Assembly (NCBI GenBank): GCA_000388065.2
Contig: KB932202.1
DNA: 7,076 nucleotides
From: Fonticula alba ATCC 38817
Taxonomy: Eukaryota; Protista; Nucleariida
Strand: one strand, 5' to 3'
Part shown: one piece after another, positions 1 through 6,833 of the stretch
Position numbering within the stretch: the first letter of the stretch is position 1
Layout of the letters: every line of letters starts with the position of its first letter
Position numbers and translations under genes: made by a program
The notes under the pieces: generated by a model
The model's input: only the letters and a program-made list of their open reading frames with translations
Databases searched by the model: none
Told to the model about the DNA's origin: nothing

Positions 1-19
1 GAAAATCCGGCGCACGCAC
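1..19 (-). other. ALG8 intron 2, 5' part (phase 0)
   Basis: GTGCGT donor immediately after the YYD codon, the same donor hexamer used elsewhere in the window. Confidence 0.8.
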
Positions 20-98
20 ATCGTAGTACCACTGGCCGGCCGGCAGCCGGTGGGTGATGGCCATCCAGTTCCGGTGGACCTCGAAGTCGGTCGAGTAG
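20..98 (-). CDS. ALG8: ALG8 coding exon 2 (79 nt); gene continues beyond the left edge
   Basis: After acceptor CCAG (102-99): C + TAC TCG ACC GAC TTC GAG GTC CAC CGG AAC TGG ATG GCC ATC ACC CAC... = (Y)[26 protein letters not shown]. This is the ALG8 signature [10 protein letters not shown](L/M)AIT; ALG6 has GDYEAQRHW instead. Donor GTGCGT follows at 19. Confidence 0.95.
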
Positions 99-205
99 CT
101 GGCCGGTGGGCCCGGGCCGCGGGCAGGGGGCGGGGGGAGGGGGCGTGAGTCGGGCGCGCGGGCGCGCGGGCACAGGCGAAAGGCCCTGCGGCCGGCCATG
201 CGTAC
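99..205 (-). other. ALG8 intron 1 (107 nt, phase 2)
   Basis: GTACGC donor, ACTCAC branch-point-like motif (150-145), C-rich tract and first downstream AG at 100-99. Splicing restores the ALG8 motif. Confidence 0.92.
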
Positions 206-348
206 TAGGCGGGCAGGAGGAAGATCTGCAGCGCGACAACGCCGAGCGAGGCCAGGAGGGCCACGCGCCCGGGGCTTGGTGCCCAGGCGGCGGCCACCTT
301 GCCGGGGTGCGGGCCCGGCGCCCCCGGGCCGCCATCCACGGCGTCCAT
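206..348 (-). CDS. ALG8: ALG8 dolichyl-P-Glc:Glc1Man9GlcNAc2-PP-Dol alpha-1,3-glucosyltransferase, coding exon 1
   Basis: ATG at 348-346 gives [47 protein letters not shown] plus TA, ending at donor GTACGC (205). The hydrophobic stretch before LLPAY matches the first TM segment of ALG8. The start codon choice is inferred. Confidence 0.85.
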
Positions 349-965
349 CGGGCGGGGTGTGCTCCTGGCCGGGGCACGAGCAGGAGAGGCGAACCAAAGG
401 GGGGGGGCGGGGAGGAAAGGCAGGCAGGGGAGGGGGCGGGCAAAAGGGGGCGGGCAGAAGGGCGCCAGGGCCAGCGGGGCTTCATCGGGGCGGGCAAAAG
501 GGCGGGTGTGCGGCCCGGAGCAACCCCGGCGGCCCGGCGCGCGATCTCTTCGCGTCGCCCTGTCCCGCGGCAGCCGCCCCGGCCGGGTCACCGTTGGGAG
601 TCGGCCGGCCGATCGGAAATGTCACCCCGGCGCCCTCCGGCTCTCGCGCCCCCCCGGGGGGGGGGGGGCCGGGCGGTGCCGGGAAAGCGCGGAGATCTCG
701 CGTGCGTCGTGTGGGGGGGGGTCTGTCCCCCCCGGCCAAAAAAGAAGGAAGAGAAAAAAAGGCCCATCCTGGGGCGGGCGGGGATGCCGGCCACATCAGT
801 CACGGCTGCGCCCGCCCCCCGCACTTGCTCCTCTCCTTCGTGCCCCTTCCCCTCGCTCGCCCCGCCACGCCCATTCCTCCTACCCCTCTTGAGTGCCTCT
901 CGGCCTGCCCTGTGCCCCCCCTCCCCCCCCTCCTCCGCGCGCGCGCGCGCTCGCTGACACCCCCG
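349..965. promoter_or_regulatory. 617-bp divergent intergenic region, probable bidirectional promoter plus 5' UTRs
   Basis: Lies between the head-to-head ATGs at 348 (-) and 966 (+). Contains an A-rich tract (738-760), C7G13 (649-668) and (GC)7TCGC (937-954). No TSS data. Confidence 0.65.
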
Positions 966-1400
966 ATGGGTCCGGCGGACGAGCACGCGCCCGCCCCCGC
1001 GCCCGCCCCGGCCCCGGCCCCCGCGCCTGCGGCCGGCTCGTCGGGCGACCTGGACGGCATCGCCGGCGACCTGGACCCCGACTCCGGCACCGGGTCCGAC
1101 GAGCTGGAGTCCGACACGGAGCCGGGCGACCGGCTGGCGGAGCTGCTCTCGCCGCCGGGTGTGCCGGCCTCGCCGGGGGCGGCCCGGCCGCCGGGGGACG
1201 CCCCGGGCGCGGCCGAGCACCACCCGGGCTCCGAGAATGACGAGGCGTCCGAGTACTTCGATGCGCCCTCCTCGCGGCCGCCCCCCCGGCGGGTGACGCT
1301 GCCGGCGTGCACGCACCTCCCGGACGACCTGGTCCGGCATCTGCTGCTGACGCACCCCTTCCCGCCGGAGGCCGCGTGCATGGGGCTGCTCCGGCTCCGG
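966..1400 (+). CDS. Uncharacterised large protein, exon 1 (145 codons): PA-repeat/acidic N-terminus then F-box-like motif
   Basis: ATG 966 gives MGPADEHAPAPAP...SEYFDAPSS...THLPDDLVRHLLLTHPFPPEAACMGLLRLR with strongly G/C third positions. Donor GTGCGT at 1401 and branch point GCTGAC near 1463. LPDDLVRHLL...LLRL resembles the F-box consensus LPxELLxxIF...LLxL. Confidence 0.8.
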
Positions 1401-1486
1401 GTGCGTGGCGGCCGCCCCGCCGGGGGCCGCTGCTCGTGCCCCGCGCCTCTGCCCGCCTCTGCCGCTGACCATACACATCCCCCCCC

Positions 1487-2101
1487 NNNNNNNNNNNNNN
1501 NNNNNNNNNNNNNNNNNNNNNNNNNNNNNNNNNNNNNNNNNNNNNNNNNNNNNNNNNNNNNNNNNNNNNNNNNNNNNNNNNNNNNNNNNNNNNNNNNNNN
1601 NNNNNNNNNNNNNNNNNNNNNNNNNNNNNNNNNNNNNNNNNNNNNNNNNNNNNNNNNNNNNNNNNNNNNNNNNNNNNNNNNNNNNNNNNNNNNNNNNNNN
1701 NNNNNNNNNNNNNNNNNNNNNNNNNNNNNNNNNNNNNNNNNNNNNNNNNNNNNNNNNNNNNNNNNNNNNNNNNNNNNNNNNNNNNNNNNNNNNNNNNNNN
1801 NNNNNNNNNNNNNNNNNNNNNNNNNNNNNNNNNNNNNNNNNNNNNNNNNNNNNNNNNNNNNNNNNNNNNNNNNNNNNNNNNNNNNNNNNNNNNNNNNNNN
1901 NNNNNNNNNNNNNNNNNNNNNNNNNNNNNNNNNNNNNNNNNNNNNNNNNNNNNNNNNNNNNNNNNNNNNNNNNNNNNNNNNNNNNNNNNNNNNNNNNNNN
2001 NNNNNNNNNNNNNNNNNNNNNNNNNNNNNNNNNNNNNNNNNNNNNNNNNNNNNNNNNNNNNNNNNNNNNNNNNNNNNNNNNNNNNNNNNNNNNNNNNNNN
2101 N
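1487..2101. other. Assembly gap (615 N) flanked by poly-C on both sides
   Basis: Run of N between C-runs at 1479-1486 and 2102-2124. It may hide one or more exons. Confidence 0.99.
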
Positions 2102-2132
2102 CCCCCCCCCCCCCCCCCCCCCCCGCCCTGCC

Positions 2133-2164
2133 GCTGGCCCGCTGGCCCGCTGGCCCGCTGGCCC
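2133..2164 (+). repeat. Tandem repeat (GCTGGCCC)x4 in an intron 3' region
   Basis: Exact copies start at 2133, 2141, 2149 and 2157. Confidence 0.95.
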
Positions 2165-2204
2165 CCGGGTCGGCGCCTCGGCCGCCGGTGCGCCCCGGGC
2201 GCAG

Positions 2205-2502
2205 AATGGCTCCCACTCGCCGGGCGGCGCGCCGGACCAGCAGCCGGTGCTGGTCCTGCCGATCGCCCGGCCGGCCGACGTGGCCGGGATCTCCTACCGC
2301 CGGCTGCTGGTCCGGCGGCATGTCCTGCTGGGCCTGGCCCCGGCCCCGGCGGCCGGGGCCCCGGTCCCGGTGACCATCCTCCAGCCGGAGGACCGGGCCC
2401 AGCCCGCCTTCGAGGCCGGGTGCCTGCTGGTCGAGCGCGGCCACACGGCCGACGGCCACTCGGTCGGCACTATGTGGCCTCGAGGCCGGACGGCCAGAAC
2501 AT
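2205..2502 (+). CDS. Uncharacterised protein, internal exon; 3' boundary uncertain (frame discontinuity near 2462, or a shorter exon ending at 2419)
   Basis: The first AG after the poly-C is at 2203-2204. NGSHSPGGAPDQQPVLVLPIARPADVAGISYRRLLVRRHVLLGL...ERGHTADGHS shows coding-like codon bias. A consensus-like donor GTGTGT at 2503 fits only the shifted frame (RHYVASRPDGQNM). Confidence 0.7.
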
Positions 2503-2598
2503 GTGTGTCCCCTTGCCGGTCGCCGAGCCCTGCGCCCTGTCGGCGGCCTTACTAACCCCTCCCCCCCCCCCCCCCCCCCCGGCTGCCGCCCGGCGTAG

Positions 2599-3876
2599 GT
2601 GCCGCTTCCTGGACTTCCACTCCGGCTCGGCCGGCCTGGCCATTGACCAGCCGGAGGAGCCGATCTTCATCCTCCGGGACCTGACCGTGCCGGTGGTCGA
2701 CTCGTCGCTGCTGTCCGAGCTGTCGGAGGCGTACAGCGCCGAGTCGCTGCCGGGCGGGCAGGCTGGGCTGGCGGCCGCGGCCGCGGCCGCGGTCGCCGGC
2801 CACGGCCGCGGCCTGCCCCCCTGCGAGGAAGCCTCCTCGCCCCTGGAGGCCGGCGAGCGGCCGGTGTCGCTGCCGGAGGCCCGGCGCCTGTGGCGCGCCC
2901 TGGTCGAAGCCACGCCGCTGCTGCTGGACACCCGGGTGGCCGGCCGGCTGAGCCCGTGCCCCAGCCGGCGCCTGCGCGTGCTGGTGGTGGACCAGTCGCT
3001 GCCCGGGTCGGACTTGGTGTCGCTGGCGGTGTCGGCCGGCGGGCCGTTGGAGGCGGCCGGGCCCGGGGCCGCGGCCGCCGAGACCCGGGCCCTGGCCGCC
3101 CCGGCCGCCGGGTCCCTGTCCCAGAGCACGGCCGGGCTGCTGAGCTGGGCCACCGGCCTGGCGATGACGGCCATCGCCCAGTCGCTGCCCCGGGCCCCGG
3201 GCGCTGAGGGGTTGGGAGAGGCGCCGGGCGCCGGGGCCGGCACCGCGGCCGCCTCCCTGTGGACCATGCTCACCGGGGCCCGGGCCACCCCGGCGGCCCC
3301 CGCGGCCGAGAGCCACGCGCTGGTGGACACGGCCGTGCCGGGGCCCGGGCCCGGGCCCGGGGTCGATCCCCCGGGGGAGGGGGCCGGCGGCGCGGAGAGC
3401 GACCCCGGCGACATCCGCCCGTCGGCCGGGTCGCGGCCCGCATCCCCCACCGGCGATGCGCCTCCCCCTGGGGCCGAGCCGGCGGCGGCGGCGGCGGCGG
3501 CGGCGGGCACTTCGGCCAGTCCGCCTGGCCAGGTCGATGTGCCGGACGAGTCGCCGCTGGTGCGTCCGCCCGGTGTGGTCTCCCTGCCGCGGCCCACGGG
3601 GGCCGATGTGGCCGGGGAGCTGGAGCGCCTGCTGCCGGCGGCGCCGGCCTCCGCGCGGCTGCACCTGGCCGCCGGGCGCTTCTACCTCCGGCAGGAGGCC
3701 GGCGACTTGGACACCCGGCTGGAGATCGCCCATGCGGAGCTCCTGGCCGCGGCGGCGGTCATCCTCCACCCGCCGGCCTGGGCCGAGGCCCTGCGGCCGC
3801 AAATCGCCCGGCTCCACCGGGGGTCGGTCATCGACGTGACCGAGCGTCTGATCTACCTGCAGGTTCCCTGCGCCAG
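2599..3876 (+). CDS. Uncharacterised protein, large internal exon (1278 nt)
   Basis: TACTAAC branch point (2550-2556), C20 tract and TAG acceptor (2596-2598). Reads CRFLDFHSGSAGLAIDQPEEPIFILRDL...IDVTERLIYLQVPCA. Donor AG|GTGCGT at 3877. Confidence 0.9.
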
Positions 3877-3942
3877 GTGCGTGCCCGCGAGTCCTGTGCC
3901 CCCTGCGCCAAGTGCTATGTGCCATGTGTGCTTTTCTGTGTG

Positions 3943-4048
3943 CCATGTGTGTCTGTGGGCCTTTCTGTGTGCTATGTGTGTCTGTGGGCCTTTCTGGGTG
4001 CTATGTGTGTCTGTGGGCCTTTCTGTGTGTTATGTGTGTCTGTGCGCA
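3943..4048 (+). repeat. 29-bp intronic minisatellite, about 3.6 copies with degenerate flanks (about 3915-4135)
   Basis: Unit consensus CTATGTGTGTCTGTGGGCCTTTCTGTGTG starts at 3943, 3972, 4001 and 4030 (exact 29-nt period). It lies inside intron 3877-4244. Confidence 0.95.
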
Positions 4049-4244
4049 ATGTGTGCCTGTGCGCCTTTCTGTCCATGTGCTTCTCTGTCCATGTGTGCCT
4101 TTTGGGGCATTTGCTTCCCCGTGTGCCATGTGTCCCTGCGTGTCGAGTACGCTTGGGCCGCCATGCGTACCCGCGCGCGAGATTCCCCCCCCCCCCCCCC
4201 CCAGGGCCGGGAGCTTTGTGCTGACCCTGCGCCCCGCGACACAG

Positions 4245-4624
4245 CGTCTTCGCCCCGGTGGCCGATCGCCGGCTGGACGCGGCCCTGGAGCGGGCGTGCT
4301 TCGTGCTGTTCGGCGCGCGGGAGCCCTGCGCGGCGCCGGGCTGCGCGTGCGGCCGGGCCCGCGCATCGGCCGCGGCCCTCGGCTTGCCGGTCCCCCGGCT
4401 GCCGGGGCCCGGGCGCCTGGCCGCCGTGGCCGCCGGCCTGTCCGGGCCGCAGCTGGATGCCGCGCTGGCCCGGTGGACCGAGCGCACGGTGGCCACCGCG
4501 GCCGGGGCCATCCTCCGGCAGCTGGTGGCGCACCCCGGGCCCCGGGACATCTGGCACCGGGGGCCCTTCAGATCCCCGGCCGACGTGGCGGCCGTCTGCG
4601 CCCTGGCCTGTTCCGCCGTGTCCG
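4245..4624 (+). CDS. Uncharacterised protein, internal exon (380 nt)
   Basis: GCTGAC (4220-4225) then CAG acceptor at 4244. The phase-2 junction AG|C gives VPCA-S-VFAPVADRRLDAALERACF...ACSAVS. Donor GTACGT at 4625. Confidence 0.88.
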
Positions 4625-4840
4625 GTACGTGGCCAATGGCCATCTCATGGCCGGCCGGCCGCCGCCTCCGGCCCCGCGTGCCCGGCGGTCGCCCGGCCGT
4701 GAGCCCTGCCGCGCGCACGGCCGGGTCCTGCCTCCCGCCCCCCCCCCCGGGCCGCGGGTGACCGGACGCGCATGCGCATATGCATGTGCCTGTCTGTGCA
4801 TGGCCAGCTGACAAACTCGCCCCCTCCCCGCCCCTCGCAG

Positions 4841-5409
4841 AGGCCATCTGCACGGCGCCCCAGAGCGTGGTGCTCTTTTTGCGGCAGCTGGCCGCCACGG
4901 CCGAGGGCGGCCGCAGCCCGGACATCTCGGAGGCCGACCTGCCGCCCCTGTCGGCCTCCGGCGCCGATGACCTGACCCCGGGGCTGATCTACGCCCTGGG
5001 GCTGGTGGCCCGGCCGGACGTCTGCCCGGCGGCCGTGGTGGCTCGGCCGGCCGAGGCGCCCCCCGCCGACGCCCTGCCGGCCCTGTGTGCCGAGCACTGC
5101 GCCCCGGAGCCGGCCGATCCGCCCGCCACGCCGGGGGCTCTGCTGGATTGGGCCCCCTCGCCGTCGGCCTCGGCCTCGGAGCTGTCCTTCGACGTGTCGA
5201 TGGCCGAGGTGGCGGCGGCACGGGCCCGCGCGGCCTCCCTCCTGGCCGAGCCGCCTGGCGAGGGCCGGGGCTCGGGCCCGGGGGACCCGTCGCCCCCCGG
5301 GCGCCTGGCCGTGGTTAGCTACGCGCGCTTTGCCCAGCGCTCGCGCTCGCTCCAGCGCGTGTCCGAGTGCGGTCGCTCCGGGGCCGGCGCCTACGGCGCG
5401 TGCATGGTG
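4841..5409 (+). CDS. Uncharacterised protein, internal exon (569 nt)
   Basis: GCTGAC (4807-4812), C-rich tract and GCAG acceptor at 4840. The phase-1 junction G|AG gives AVS-E-AICTAPQSVVLFLRQL...GAYGACMV. Donor GTACGT at 5410. Confidence 0.88.
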
Positions 5410-5532
5410 GTACGTGCTCCGGCCTCATCTCCCGCGGCCGGGGGGGTGCGCGCTCTCCCGGCGCTCCGCTTTCGCTGACGCACATACACACTTGCCTGGC
5501 ATCCACCCTCGGCACCGGGCCCCGGGGAACAG

Positions 5533-5639
5533 GAGTCCGCCGCGCTCTACCTGATCGAGCTGGCCGCGGCCGGGCCGGCCTCGGTGGCCGAGACACTCGG
5601 CCTGGATGCCGCTTCCGAGGAGGGCAGGCGCCTGGACCG
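5533..5639 (+). CDS. Uncharacterised protein, penultimate exon (107 nt)
   Basis: GCTGAC (5474-5479) and first AG at 5531-5532. Phase 0, ESAALYLIELAAAGPASVAETLGLDAASEEGRRLD. Donor GTACGT at 5640. Confidence 0.88.
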
Positions 5640-5768
5640 GTACGTGAGCGAGAGACAGCCCGGAGGGCCGGGCGGGGGGGGGGGGGGCAGAACGAGAAAG
5701 CCACAGGGCGACCGGGGGGGCATGCCACTGACTCCCACCGACCCACGGACATGCGGCTCGCGGCACAG

Positions 5769-6036
5769 CGCCTGCGCCGCGCGCGCGCGGCTCTGGGACG
5801 CCTCGACCCCGGCCCCGAGCCGGCCGCCCTCGCCGGGCCGCGGCCGCGACCACGACCACAATGACGACGAGCAGGCCTTCGAGCGGCTCTGCCGCGACCT
5901 GGCCCGGACGGTGGTCTCCTCGCTGCTGGTGTCGGCCTTCTCGCGGTCGGTGGCCCGCGACCGCGAGGAGCGTTGGCAGGAGCCGCCGGCCGCGCCAAAT
6001 GAATGTGGGAGCCCTCCGGCGCCCGGGGAGCAGTAA
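5769..6036 (+). CDS. Uncharacterised protein, last coding exon ending in TAA
   Basis: ACTGAC (5727-5732) and CAG acceptor at 5768. The phase-2 junction CG|C gives R-ACAARARLWD...DDEQAFERLCRDLARTVVSSLLVSAFSRSV...PAPGEQ*. Stop TAA at 6034-6036. Confidence 0.85.
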
Positions 6037-6048
6037 CCACAGTGGCCG

Positions 6049-6072
6049 AATATATAATATATACACACATAT
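6049..6072 (+). terminator. AT island just after the stop codon, candidate 3'-end/polyadenylation element
   Basis: AATATATAATATATACACACATAT begins 13 nt after TAA in otherwise very GC-rich DNA and contains two TATATA hexamers (yeast-type efficiency element). Function is inferred. Confidence 0.45.
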
Positions 6073-6109
6073 GTAAGCCCGAGCACCTCCACCTGCTGCC
6101 CGAGGGCGA

Positions 6110-6132
6110 GGGGGGGGGGGGGGGGGGGGGGG
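6110..6132 (+). repeat. G23 homopolymer
   Basis: Direct count. Other long runs are C23 or more (2102-2124), C20 (2561-2580), C18 (4185-4202), G14 (5674-5687) and C13 (6893-6905). Confidence 0.95.
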
Positions 6133-6671
6133 ACAGTTCCCCGGCCGCCCTGCTTGTCCGGCCCGGGGTCGGAGGGCGAAAAGCCTGCCCCGTGGGGGCC
6201 GGATATTAGGACCGGCTGGGCGCGGCCGGGCGGCCGGGGCGGCCGGGAGCGAGGTCGCCTGGCGGGGGGGTGGGGGGGGTGCGCGCACCCCCGGGTGTCG
6301 GCCATTTGGCATCGAGTGATGGCGGGGTTTGAATGCGCGCCGGCCCGGGGCGGCCTGGCCGGGACGATTAATCATCCGCACGCCGGCCAGGCGGCGGCGG
6401 AGGGCGGGCGGGCGGCGGAGGGCCCTTTCTCCCCGGCGCCGGCGCCCGGCCGCCCCCCGCCGCCCTGCTCTGTCTGGGGGGGGGGAGGGGGGGGGCTTGG
6501 CGGCCGGGGATTGCCGCGGCCCATGGGGTCCGTTGGCAACCTGCCGCCACGCCATGGGCGCACGGGCGGCGGGGGCGCGAGCGCGCGCGCGCGCACGCCC
6601 GCGTTTCCGCGCCTCCACCGGCCGGGCGGCCGTCGGCCGCGGCTCGGGAGAAAGGGGCATATGGGGGGGTG

Positions 6672-6689
6672 TTTTTTTTTGTTTTTTTT
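6672..6689 (+). repeat. T9-G-T8 poly(dA:dT) tract
   Basis: TTTTTTTTTGTTTTTTTT in a GC-rich intergenic region. Confidence 0.9.
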
Positions 6690-6833
6690 GCCCCGCACCG
6701 GCGCTCGGGCCCCGGGAGTGTCACCGCGGCGCCCGGGGGCCCCCCGGGCGGAGGAATGCCCGCCGCCGCGGCCGGCGACCGGGCGCGAACCGCCGCGGGT
6801 TGGCCGCCCGGCCGCACGCGCGCGCGCACACCA

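Noticed and set aside
349-591. Upstream extension of the ALG8 ORF to 591
   Set aside because: It uses a non-ATG start and low-complexity sequence. ATG 348 gives an N-terminus of normal ALG8 length.
106-957. Long six-frame ORFs across the ALG8 5' end and intergenic region (106-957, 198-965 part, 299-892, 482-796)
   Set aside because: Arg/Gly/Pro-rich translations without third-position bias, expected from stop scarcity at very high GC. They overlap ALG8 antisense or the promoter.
953-983. GCTGAC at 953-958 as a branch point of a 5' intron
   Set aside because: The next AG (982-983) lies after ATG 966 and no supported upstream coding exon exists. It cannot be excluded without RNA data.
3943-4058. 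29-bp repeats as a CRISPR array
   Set aside because: The units are contiguous with no unique spacers, lie in a eukaryotic intron, and have no cas genes nearby.
4185-4204. C18-CAG as the acceptor of intron 3877
   Set aside because: It is out of frame with the downstream exon and lacks an upstream branch point. GCTGAC at 4220 supports 4244.
3877-4244. Cys-rich protein (MCHVCFSVCHVCLW...) resembling a metallothionein or zinc finger
   Set aside because: It is the translation of the intronic TG-rich minisatellite between a clear donor and acceptor.
4766-4789. Alternating purine-pyrimidine stretch containing an NRF1-like CGCGCATGCGCA
   Set aside because: A single intronic occurrence in GC-rich DNA with no supporting context.
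2470-4925. Long minus-strand ORFs (588-2459, 2470-3597, 2552-3946, 3972-4925 and others)
   Set aside because: Antisense shadows of the GC-biased coding exons.
6300-6345. Pol III A-box/B-box-like sequence (TGGCATCGAGTGATGG ... GGTTTGAATGC), possible tRNA or SINE
   Set aside because: The B-box is mismatched, the spacing is too short and I could not build a cloverleaf.
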